A DNA stretch of 64,000 nucleotides from Sphingomonas sp. (GTDB lineage: Bacteria; Pseudomonadota; Alphaproteobacteria; Sphingomonadales; Sphingomonadaceae): NCBI RefSeq assembly GCF_036677245.1, contig NZ_JAKFCG010000045.1:4839-68838 (forward strand). Direction: 5' to 3'. Under the pieces are notes generated by a model that had not been told where the DNA came from, ran no database searches, and saw only the letters and a program-made list of their open reading frames with translations. Positions 1 to 8,113 of this stretch are shown one piece after another. Both the position numbers and the translations under genes were made by a program. Position 1 is the stretch's first letter. Each line of letters opens with the position of its first letter.

Positions 1-876
1 CGCATTGAACTCGCCGTCCTCGACGACGTGGTTGCGCCGGGTGACGAAGAAATAATGGGTGTGGAATTCGTCGGCGGGGGTGCAGGTGTGGAGGTCATAT
101 TGGCCGATCGACTCGTCATAGCCGTCGCCCTCCCCCTGCAGCGCCCAGACGGTAAGCTGGATGTTGGCGGGCGGGCTCCAGGTGATGTCGAAGAAATGCC
201 GTGCCTCCTCCTTCGGCTCGGGCAGGAAGGGCGCGAAGATCCCGATCGGCGGGGTCTGCTTCCACGCCCATTGCGCCGAGATCGTCCGCGCCGTCTCCTG
301 GATCGTCGGCACGATCGGCGAAAGCTGCCCGCGGGTGGTGATGATCTCGCCATGGACATGATCGATGTGGCTGAGGTCCATCACATTGTCGATGATCAGC
401 TCATAGTTCGATTTCATCGCCATATAGGTGTAGGCGATCGCGTTGGGATGCCCCTCCATCAACGGTGAGAAGTCGGGCAGCAACGCGCGGTCGGCGGGCT
501 CGTCGCCCATCCAGATCCAGATGAAGCCATATTGCTCCTGCACCGGAAAGCTGCGGACCCGCGCGGCCTTGGGAATATGGCCGGTGCCGTGGGGATTGTG
601 GGTGCATTGCCCGTCGGCATCGAAGCGCAGCGCGTGGTAGAGGCACGAGACTTCATCGCCGACCCTCTTGCCCAGGCTGAGCGGCGCGAAGCGGTGCGGG
701 CAGCGGTCGTGCAGCGCGACGACGCTGCCGTCCTGCTTGCGATAGAACATCACCGACGTGTCGAGGATCTTGCGGTGGAAGAAGGCCTCGCCCTCGACCT
801 CGGTGGCGATCGCGCCGACGTACCACGCGTTCATCAGATATTTCGTCGAATGAGTAGATTGCATTGCCTGCTCCAT
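1..876 (-). CDS. Rieske non-heme iron oxygenase alpha subunit (VanA/DdmC/CndA-like demethylase family), 3' end outside the window
   Basis: Not in the ORF track; translated by hand from ATG at 876 (TGATG overlap with the ferredoxin stop): MEQAMQSTHSTKYLMNAWY...DRCPHRFAPLSLGKR...CLYH (Rieske CxH...CxxH), then NYELIIDNVMDLSHIDHVH (mononuclear Fe motif); frame stays open to base 1. Confidence 0.9.
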   Translation of the reverse strand, partial: MEQAMQSTHSTKYLMNAWYVGAIATEVEGEAFFHRKILDTSVMFYRKQDGSVVALHDRCPHRFAPLSLGKRVGDEVSCLYHALRFDADGQCTHNPHGTGHIPKAARVRSFPVQEQYGFIWIWMGDEPADRALLPDFSPLMEGHPNAIAYTYMAMKSNYELIIDNVMDLSHIDHVHGEIITTRGQLSPIVPTIQETARTISAQWAWKQTPPIGIFAPFLPEPKEEARHFFDITWSPPANIQLTVWALQGEGDGYDESIGQYDLHTCTPADEFHTHYFFVTRRNHVVEDGEFNA

Positions 877-1193
877 CACAAATCGAGCACCAGCCGCCGC
901 GAAATCGCGCGCGAGCAGCAGGGCGTGAAAAGGTCGTTGGCGGCACGATCCTCGGCGGAGAGGAACATGTCGCGGTGATCGGGTTCGCCGGCGATGACCA
1001 TCGTCACGCAGGTCCCGCAAATCCCCTGCTCGCACGAGACCGGAACGTCGATGCCGGCCGCCGCGAGGGCGTCGACCGCGCTCTGGCCGGGCGCGACCTC
1101 GATGATCAGGCCGCTGCTCGCGATCTCGATCTCGAAGCTGCCGTTCGGGTCCGCAAGCGGGGCCTGCGCCTCGGGACGTGCTGATGCGCTCAC
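876..1193 (-). CDS. Stand-alone [2Fe-2S] ferredoxin resembling the VanB/PDR reductase C-terminal domain
   Basis: SCEQGICGTC...GEPDHRD...PCCSRA...LVLDL; GTG start overlaps the upstream stop (GTGA) with GGAGG just upstream; 105 aa. Confidence 0.88.
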   Translation of the reverse strand: MSASARPEAQAPLADPNGSFEIEIASSGLIIEVAPGQSAVDALAAAGIDVPVSCEQGICGTCVTMVIAGEPDHRDMFLSAEDRAANDLFTPCCSRAISRRLVLDL

Positions 1194-2248
1194 GCCACCT
1201 CCCTGATCGCTTGCGCTCCGGCCGCTTCCTCGGCGAGCAATTTGTCGAGCACCCACAGCATTTTGACTGGCCCGGCGTCGTGGACGATGTCGATCTGAGG
1301 CGCCCCTGCATAGTCGCGCTGGCGCTCGCGCTGCCCCTCGAGCATTCTCTTGTCCTCCAGGAATGCCGTCTCATTGGCCTCGTACATCAGGTCGACGATG
1401 CCTGGCATGTAGGTTTCGCGGCTGGTCCCCCACGAGAAATAATAATCGACCGACTCCGCATCGCGCGGCGTCACCGCCTGGCTGGTGAAGGTGTCGAGCA
1501 GCAGAGCGCCATTGGTCGGCCCCGTTTTCGCGTCGCCCGCCTCGTGCACGGCGAAGCGCAGGATGAAATTGCAGGGCACGGTCAGCCGGACATGGGCCTC
1601 GATGTCGAACAAGGCGTCGGGCGGGAACAGATGCTTGACGAACGCCGGCGGCGGCGAGCGACGGACCGAATAGCGGGTCTCGATGCCGCGCGGCGTGAGC
1701 TCGTGCGTCGGCCTGGTGAACGACCAATCCTCCGATCCTCCCAACGTCATGTCGTGGACCCACGAGAGGTGGCTGAGGTCGGCGAGGTTGGCGATCTCCT
1801 GGCGGAAGCTGGCCCCGATCCGCAGATGGTTGGTGCGCAGGATCCAATCGGGATCGCTCGGCCCGATCGCGTAACAGATCAGATCCGGGTCGGCGAGCGC
1901 CGGCTCGCCCATCCACACCCAGATCCAATTGTCGCGCTCGACCACCGGGAATACGGGGACGTTTGCGCCCGGCGGAATGCGGGACATGCCGGGGATCTGG
2001 GTGCACTGGCCGTCCGGACCGAACAGCAGGCCGTGATACATGCAGCGGATCGAATCGCCCTCCTTGCGGCCAAGCGACAAGGGTGCGCTGCGGTGCCGGC
2101 AGCGATCTTCCATCGCCACCGCCTCGCCGTTGGGCTTGCGATAGAGCAAGATCGATTGGTCGGCGATCTTGCGGGCGAGCAGCCCGTCCTGGCCGAGACT
2201 GAGATCCTTGTCCCATCCCGCGCAATACCAAGCGTTTTTCAGGAACAT
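1190..2248 (-). CDS. Rieske non-heme iron oxygenase alpha subunit (VanA-like)
   Basis: MFLKNAWY start, DRCRHR...CMYHG Rieske motif, NLADLSHLSWVH Fe motif, C-terminal FLEDKRMLEGQ; 352 aa. Confidence 0.9.
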   Translation of the reverse strand: MFLKNAWYCAGWDKDLSLGQDGLLARKIADQSILLYRKPNGEAVAMEDRCRHRSAPLSLGRKEGDSIRCMYHGLLFGPDGQCTQIPGMSRIPPGANVPVFPVVERDNWIWVWMGEPALADPDLICYAIGPSDPDWILRTNHLRIGASFRQEIANLADLSHLSWVHDMTLGGSEDWSFTRPTHELTPRGIETRYSVRRSPPPAFVKHLFPPDALFDIEAHVRLTVPCNFILRFAVHEAGDAKTGPTNGALLLDTFTSQAVTPRDAESVDYYFSWGTSRETYMPGIVDLMYEANETAFLEDKRMLEGQRERQRDYAGAPQIDIVHDAGPVKMLWVLDKLLAEEAAGAQAIREVA

Positions 2249-2287
2249 TGCCTGCGCCCTTTTCCAACACCCTCTCGATGAAGGCGT

Positions 2288-2303
2288 TTCAAGAAGCGTG
2301 CCA
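2288..2303 (-). promoter_or_regulatory. sigma54 (-24/-12) promoter of the Rieske operon
   Basis: Minus strand TGGCAC-GCTTC-TTGAA (consensus TGGCAC-N5-TTGC; GA instead of GC at -12), about 40 bp upstream of the ATG and next to a sigma54 activator gene. Confidence 0.75.
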
Positions 2304-2356
2304 GACGGCGAATACCAAGACCTCCGGCGATTCAGGCTAGGCTTGGCCCGCCTGTC

Positions 2357-2406
2357 TTGTGTATGTTTGCACAATTCCAGGCGCAGACTTGTGTAATTTC
2401 AAACAA
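2357..2406. promoter_or_regulatory. Paired upstream activator sequences (TTGT-N10-ACAA x2)
   Basis: TTGTGTATGTTTGCACAA (2357-2374) and TTGTGTAATTTCAAACAA (2389-2406), 32 bp apart, upstream of the -24/-12 element. Confidence 0.7.
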
Positions 2407-2419
2407 GTGGAACCAGGCC

Positions 2420-4201
2420 ATGGCCAGCACCACCCGCGCCGACCGCCGCTTCCGTGCGGTCGAGCTTCCCCCCGATCCGTCGCTCGACGATCTGCTGCGC
2501 ACGCTCGAGCTGTCGCCCGAGACGGCGGAGATCAGGCTCAACGGCGAGCGCATGGTGCTGGTCGACAACGCCTCGCTCGGCATCCTCCGGCGCGAGGTGA
2601 TCCTCGCGCTGGGCCATGAGCGGGCGCGCGCGGTGATGTCGCGCCTCGGCTACAGCCTCGGCGCCGCCGATGCCGAAATGGGCCTGCGCCTGCGCAAGGA
2701 CGAGGGCGTCTTCGCCGGTTTCGCCGTCGGGCCGCAATTGCACGCCTTGCGCGGCGCGGTGAAGGTCGAGCCGACTGTGTTCGAGGCGGATCTCGAGACC
2801 GGCCATTTCTACAGCGAATATTTCTGGCACAATTCGGCCGAATGCCAGGCCCACAAGTCGGAGATGGGGATCGGGCCCGAGCCTGGCGGCTGGCAGCAGG
2901 TCGGTTATGCGTCGGGCTATGCTTCGGCCTTTCTTGGCCGGCCGGTGATTTTCCGCGAGGTCGAGTGCGTGGCGATGGGCCACGAGCGCTGCTTCCTGAT
3001 CGGCAAGCCGGCCGACCAATGGGAGGACCCGGAAAAGGAAGCGCGCTGGTTCCGCGCGGAAAATTACACCTCGCGGCCGAATGTCGGCAGCGCGGGCACC
3101 GAGCCGGCCGACGATCTTCGCATCGGCCATCGTTCGATCGTCGGCGCTTCGTCCGGCTTCAACATCGCGCTCCACCTGGTCGACAAGGTCGCGCCGACCA
3201 ACGCCCCGGTGCTGTTCCTCGGCGAGAGCGGCGTCGGCAAGGAGGTGTTTGCGCGCGAGCTCCACAAACGCAGCCGGCGCTCGGGGCAGATCATGCTCTC
3301 GGTGAACTGCGCGGCGATCCCCGACACATTGATCGAATCCGAGCTGTTCGGGGTGGAAAAAGGCGCGTTCACCGGCGCGACCGCGTCGCGCGCGGGCCGC
3401 TTCGAGCGCGCCAAGGGCGGGACATTGTTCCTCGACGAGATCGGGACATTGTCGCTGTCGGCGCAGGGCAAGTTGCTCCGCGTCCTCCAGGAGGGCGAGT
3501 TCGAACGGATCGGCGGGCTGAAGACGCTCACCGCCGACGTGCGCATCGTCGCGGCGACCAATGCCGATCTGCGCAGCGAGATCGCCCAGGGGCGGTTTCG
3601 CGCCGACCTGTTCCATCGCCTCAGCACTTTCCCGATCCGCGTGCCGCCGCTGCGCGAGCGGCCGGCGGACATTCCCTTGCTGGTAAACTATTTCCTCCGC
3701 CTGATGACCGCCCGGCACGGGCGGCGGGTGACCGGCTTCCAGGAGGAAGCCCTGCGCTTCTTCCGGATGCACGATTGGCCGGGCAACATTCGCGAGCTCG
3801 AGAATACGATCGAGCGGGGCGTGATCATGGCCAATGACGGCGAAGCGATCGGCCTCAGCCATCTGATGATGGCCGGCGGCAGGATCAGCTCGCCCGATGA
3901 CGCCTCGCTCGACGATCCGCTCCTGGCGCTGATCGTCAACCAGCTCCACCGCCCGAAGAATGACGGATTGGCCGAACAGATCCTCGATCGCGGCATCGGC
4001 TATGACGCGATGCTCGCCGAGATGATCGACGCCGCGCTGAGCAGGAGCAAGGGCAATGTCTCGGCCGCCGCCCGCGTCCTCAAGATGAGCCGATCGCAGC
4101 TCGTCTATTGGCTCAAGACCAACAAGCCGGCGCCCGTCGCGGGCGCCGATCCAAGCGACGCAGCCGCGCCCGACGCGCGCGGCGAGCCGAGAGACGATTG
4201 A
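2420..4201 (+). CDS. XylR/DmpR-family sigma54-dependent transcriptional activator
   Basis: XylR-N/V4R-like sensor (ECVAMGHERC), Walker A GESGVGKE, GAFTGA motif, FLDEIG, WPGNIREL, C-terminal Fis-type HTH. Confidence 0.92.
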   Translation: MASTTRADRRFRAVELPPDPSLDDLLRTLELSPETAEIRLNGERMVLVDNASLGILRREVILALGHERARAVMSRLGYSLGAADAEMGLRLRKDEGVFAGFAVGPQLHALRGAVKVEPTVFEADLETGHFYSEYFWHNSAECQAHKSEMGIGPEPGGWQQVGYASGYASAFLGRPVIFREVECVAMGHERCFLIGKPADQWEDPEKEARWFRAENYTSRPNVGSAGTEPADDLRIGHRSIVGASSGFNIALHLVDKVAPTNAPVLFLGESGVGKEVFARELHKRSRRSGQIMLSVNCAAIPDTLIESELFGVEKGAFTGATASRAGRFERAKGGTLFLDEIGTLSLSAQGKLLRVLQEGEFERIGGLKTLTADVRIVAATNADLRSEIAQGRFRADLFHRLSTFPIRVPPLRERPADIPLLVNYFLRLMTARHGRRVTGFQEEALRFFRMHDWPGNIRELENTIERGVIMANDGEAIGLSHLMMAGGRISSPDDASLDDPLLALIVNQLHRPKNDGLAEQILDRGIGYDAMLAEMIDAALSRSKGNVSAAARVLKMSRSQLVYWLKTNKPAPVAGADPSDAAAPDARGEPRDD

Positions 4202-4235
4202 TCGCGCGCTCGTCTTTGTCCAGGAGCGGCAGTCA

Positions 4236-4628
4236 ATGAGAAAAGCCGCTCACCGCCCGATCCTGATCGCCGGCGCTTCGCTCGCCCTGCTCGCGGTGGC
4301 GCTCGGCGCGTTCGGCGCGCATGCGCTTGAGGGCGTGGTCGACGCGAAAGGCCAGGGCTGGTGGCAGACCGCGGCCCAATATCAGATGTGGCATGCGATC
4401 GCCTTGGTCGCGCTCTCGGCGCTGCCGCTGCGCGGGGTGCGGCCGGCGGCGTTGCTGCTTGGGCTCGGCACGATCATCTTCTCCAGCAGCCTCTATGCGA
4501 TGGCGCTCGGCGGCTGGCGTTGGCTGGGCATGGTGACGCCGCTCGGGGGAATGCTTATGCTCGCGGGCTGGCTCGTCCTGGCTGCTGCGGCGTGGCGCGC
4601 AGGCGATGAAAAATTGGAAAGTCTCTGA
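4236..4628 (+). CDS. DUF423 family membrane protein
   Basis: [27 protein letters not shown] motifs. Confidence 0.88.
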   Translation: MRKAAHRPILIAGASLALLAVALGAFGAHALEGVVDAKGQGWWQTAAQYQMWHAIALVALSALPLRGVRPAALLLGLGTIIFSSSLYAMALGGWRWLGMVTPLGGMLMLAGWLVLAAAAWRAGDEKLESL

Positions 4629-5818
4629 TGATTGAAGGCAAGATCACCCCGTTCGACTGGGCGGACCCGTTCGGGCTCGACGAGCAATTGTCCGACGAGG
4701 AACGGCTCGTGCGCGACAGCGCCGAAGCCTATGCGCAGGACAAATTGCTGCCGCGGGTGACCGAGGCCTATCTCGACGAACGCTTCGACCGCGAGATCAT
4801 GACCGAGATGGGCGCGCTCGGCCTGCTCGGCTCGACGATCCCGGCGGAATATGGCGGCGCCGGCCTCAATTACGTGAGCTACGGCCTCGCCGCCCGCGCG
4901 GTCGAACGCGTCGATTCGGGCTATCGCTCGGCGATGTCGGTCCAATCCTCGCTCGTGATGTACCCGATCCATGCCTATGGCAGCGAAGAGCAACGGCGCA
5001 AATACCTGCCCCGGCTGGCGACCGGCGAGGCGATCGGCTGCTTCGGCTTGACCGAGCCCGATGCCGGCTCCGATCCGGGAGGCATGCGCACGCGCGCCGA
5101 GAAAGTGGATGGCGGCTATCGGCTGACCGGCAGCAAGATCTGGATCACCAACTCGCCGATCGCCGACATTTTCGTCGTCTGGGCCAAATCCGACGCGCAC
5201 GACGGCAAGATCAAGGGCTTTGTCCTCGAAAAGGGAATGAAGGGCCTGACCGCACCGCAGATCAAGCAGAAGCTGTCGCTGCGCGCCTCGATCACCGGCG
5301 AGATCGTGATCGATGGGGTCGAGGTGCCCGAGGAGTCGCTGCTCCCCGGCGCGAGCGGGCTTGCCGGCCCGTTCGGCTGCCTCAATCGCGCGCGCTACGG
5401 CATCGGCTGGGGCGCGATGGGCGCGGCCGAGGCCTGCTACCATGCTGCCCGCAGCTACACGCTCGAGCGCAAGCAGTTCGGCCGCCCCCTCGCCGCGACC
5501 CAGCTCGTCCAGCTCAAGCTCGCCGACATGGCAGCCGAGATCAGCCTCGGGCTGCAGGCGGCGCTGAGGGTGGGCCGTCGAATGGACGAAGGCGTGGTGA
5601 TTCCGGAGACCTTGTCGCTGATCAAGCGCAACAACGTCGGCAAGGCGCTCGCCATCGCCCGCACCGCGCGCGACATGCACGGCGGCAACGGCATCAGCGC
5701 CGAATATCATGTCATGCGCCACGCCGCGAACCTCGAGACGGTCAACACCTATGAGGGGACGCACGACGTCCACGGCCTGATCATCGGGCGCGCGATCACC
5801 GGCATTTCGGCCTTCTGA
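4628..5818 (+). CDS. gcdH: Glutaryl-CoA dehydrogenase (acyl-CoA dehydrogenase family)
   Basis: FDWADP N-terminus, [32 protein letters not shown]...[10 protein letters not shown]. Confidence 0.85.
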   Translation: MIEGKITPFDWADPFGLDEQLSDEERLVRDSAEAYAQDKLLPRVTEAYLDERFDREIMTEMGALGLLGSTIPAEYGGAGLNYVSYGLAARAVERVDSGYRSAMSVQSSLVMYPIHAYGSEEQRRKYLPRLATGEAIGCFGLTEPDAGSDPGGMRTRAEKVDGGYRLTGSKIWITNSPIADIFVVWAKSDAHDGKIKGFVLEKGMKGLTAPQIKQKLSLRASITGEIVIDGVEVPEESLLPGASGLAGPFGCLNRARYGIGWGAMGAAEACYHAARSYTLERKQFGRPLAATQLVQLKLADMAAEISLGLQAALRVGRRMDEGVVIPETLSLIKRNNVGKALAIARTARDMHGGNGISAEYHVMRHAANLETVNTYEGTHDVHGLIIGRAITGISAF

Positions 5819-5845
5819 TGGCCGCGTCCTGATGGGCCCCGTCTA

Positions 5846-6988
5846 GTGGACCGTCCGCTCGCGGGGATTCGGGTCATCGAGCTGGCGCGTATCCTCGCCG
5901 GGCCATGGGCGGGTCAGCTCCTCGCCGATCTCGGCGCCGAGGTGATCAAGATCGAGCAGCCCGGCAGAGGCGACGACACGCGCGAATGGGGCCCGCCGTT
6001 CGTCGAGAGCGCCGACGGAAGCGCCGCTTATTTCCACGGCTGCAACCGCGGCAAGGCATCGCTGGCGATCGACATCGCCAGCGCCGAGGGACAGCGGCAG
6101 ATCAAGGAACTGGTCGCGCAGAGCGACGTCCTGATCGAGAATTTCAAGGTCGGCGGGCTGCGCAAATACGGCCTCGACCATGCCAGCCTGTCGCGGATCA
6201 ACCCGCGGCTGATCACCTGCTCGATCACCGGTTTCGGGCAGACCGGCCCCTATGCCGGCCGTGCCGGCTATGATTTCATGATCCAGGGCATGGGCGGCAT
6301 CATGGACCTGACCGGCGAACCGGGCGGCGAGCCTCAGAAGACCGGTGTCGCAATCGCCGACATCTTCACCGGCCTCTATGCCTCGACCGCGATCCTGGCA
6401 GCACTGCGCGGACGCGACACGACGGGCGAAGGTGCGCACATCGACCTTGCCCTGCTCGACACCCAGGTCGCGATGCTCGCCAACCAGGCGATGAACTATC
6501 TCGTCTCGGGCGAGGTGCCGCACCGCATGGGCAATGCTCATCCCAACGTCACGCCCTATCAGACGTTCGCGGTCGCCGACGGCTATGTCATCGTCGCGGT
6601 GGGCAACGACCGCCAATTCCGCGATCTGTGCAATCTGCTCGGCCTCACGAGCCTTGCGGCAGATCCCGAATTCGCCAGCAACGCCGACCGCATCCGCAAC
6701 CGCGAACGGCTGACCGCGACCCTCGCCCCCGCCCTGCTGCTGCAGGCGCGCGATCCGCTGCTCGCCGCACTGGCGGCGGCCGGCGTTCCCGCCGGCCCGA
6801 TCAACGATCTCGCGCAGGTCTTCGACGATCCGCAGGTGGTGGCACGCGGGCTGAGGATCGATCTCGGCGGGGTCCCGGGTGTCGCCTCCCCGATCGTGAT
6901 CGACGGCAATCGCCAGGTCGCCGCGCGCGGCAGCCCGGCGCTCGATCAGGATCGCGGTCGGTTCGTCATCGGCGAGAAGGAAATTTAA
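5846..6988 (+). CDS. CaiB/BaiF class III CoA-transferase (probably glutarate CoA-transferase)
   Basis: ELARILAGPW, GDDTREWGPP, ENFKVG, SITGFGQTGPY..GYD; next to gcdH. Confidence 0.85.
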   Translation: MDRPLAGIRVIELARILAGPWAGQLLADLGAEVIKIEQPGRGDDTREWGPPFVESADGSAAYFHGCNRGKASLAIDIASAEGQRQIKELVAQSDVLIENFKVGGLRKYGLDHASLSRINPRLITCSITGFGQTGPYAGRAGYDFMIQGMGGIMDLTGEPGGEPQKTGVAIADIFTGLYASTAILAALRGRDTTGEGAHIDLALLDTQVAMLANQAMNYLVSGEVPHRMGNAHPNVTPYQTFAVADGYVIVAVGNDRQFRDLCNLLGLTSLAADPEFASNADRIRNRERLTATLAPALLLQARDPLLAALAAAGVPAGPINDLAQVFDDPQVVARGLRIDLGGVPGVASPIVIDGNRQVAARGSPALDQDRGRFVIGEKEI

Positions 6989-7515
6989 GCGGACTTTGCG
7001 GCGGGGCGCCGAAACAGCAGGATCGGCGCGCTGTCGTAGCGCGCCTCCTGTTCCTCGCCGAAGCCGAGCTTGCGCGCGAGGCGGATCGACGGCTGATTGG
7101 CGGGATCGATGATCGCGACGAAGCTGTGCCCGGGAAGCATGCGGTCGCCCCATTCAAGCGCTGCCGCCCCGGCTTCGGCGGCATAGCCCTGGCCGTGCGC
7201 GCTCGCGGCGAACACCCAGCCCATCTCGGGAACGCCTTCAATCGAGCGATCGAGATCGCGTTTGAAATCGCCGAAGCCGATTTGGCCGATCATCGCGCCG
7301 TCGGCGCTGCGCTCGACCGCCCAATAGCCGTAGCCGAGGACAGGCCACATGCCCGCCCCCGCCAGCATCCGGCGCCAGGCCTGCTCGCGGCTCTGCGCCT
7401 GGCCGCCGAGGTAGCGCATGACGTCCGGATCGCCCAGCATCGCAGCCTGGGCGGTGACATCCGCGGCGGTGAAGCCACGGAGGCGGAGGCGCGCGGTCTC
7501 GATCGTCGGGACCAC
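6985..7515 (-). CDS. GNAT (RimJ/RimL-like) N-acetyltransferase
   Basis: IETARLRLR, PEMGW..AHGQGYAAEA, NQPSIRLARKLGF. Confidence 0.85.
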   Translation of the reverse strand: MVPTIETARLRLRGFTAADVTAQAAMLGDPDVMRYLGGQAQSREQAWRRMLAGAGMWPVLGYGYWAVERSADGAMIGQIGFGDFKRDLDRSIEGVPEMGWVFAASAHGQGYAAEAGAAALEWGDRMLPGHSFVAIIDPANQPSIRLARKLGFGEEQEARYDSAPILLFRRPAAKSA

Positions 7516-7524
7516 GCGTCGCGC

Positions 7525-7755
7525 TTATTTCTTGCCGAGGGTGAGCCCGCCGAAACGCTTGTTGAAACGTGCAACCTGCCCGCCAGTGTCGAGCATCTTG
7601 TTGTTGCCGCCGGTCCAGGCCGGATGCGCGGTCGGATCGATGTCGAGCTGCAAGGTGTCGCCTTCCTTGCCCCAGGTCGAGCGGGTCTCGAACACGGTGC
7701 CGTCGGTCATCTGCACCTTGATCATGTGATAATCGGGATGGGCGTCGGTCTTCAT
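7525..7755 (-). CDS. rpmE: 50S ribosomal protein L31
   Basis: [10 protein letters not shown]...[14 protein letters not shown]...[11 protein letters not shown]. Confidence 0.97.
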   Translation of the reverse strand: MKTDAHPDYHMIKVQMTDGTVFETRSTWGKEGDTLQLDIDPTAHPAWTGGNNKMLDTGGQVARFNKRFGGLTLGKK

Positions 7756-7860
7756 GGTGAATCTTCCTGCGAACGGCTGGTTCCGACCAGCCTCAATGGA
7801 GGCGGCGCTCTACAAGCTGGGCTCGTTATTGACAAGCCATGGCCAAGCTTCGTAGCAGGC

Positions 7861-8009
7861 CGGCAGCGAAGGTGCCGCCAGCTGGCGGTGAAAAGGGAAG
7901 CCGGTGAAGATCCGGCGCTGTGCCCGCAACTGTAAGCGGCGAGCCCCTCCCCTCAAGGGGGAGACAAGGCGTTGACCCGTGTAGCCAGGAGACCTGCCTC
8001 CGCTTGTCG
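7861..8009 (+). ncRNA. Cobalamin riboswitch
   Basis: AAGGTGC...AAAAGGGAAGCCGGTG...CCGG.GCTGTGCCCGCAACTGTAA...AGCCAGGAGACCTGCC (B12 box), upstream of btuB; hairpin 8071-8109 sequesters the GGAGG SD. Confidence 0.93.
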
Positions 8010-8113
8010 TCCGCGTCCGGCCGGGTCCAGCCTGCGGCGCGTGGTGCCTCCGGCGGCCTGTGCCACCGGCGACTCCTCCGAGACGGCAGTCCTGTCGTCT
8101 ATGGAGGTCAAAA

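Noticed and set aside
2357-2419. N-terminal extension of the activator (and the 2249-2374 extension of the Rieske ORF) in the ORF track
   Set aside because: Runs through the promoter/UAS region; family-like sequence starts at 2420 and 2248
7525-7755. L31 without Zn-binding cysteines as a zinc-starvation paralog
   Set aside because: Cys-less L31 is the normal form in Alphaproteobacteria and no Zur context is visible
7810-8113. ORFs crossing the riboswitch region
   Set aside because: The region is explained by the cobalamin riboswitch and its expression platform
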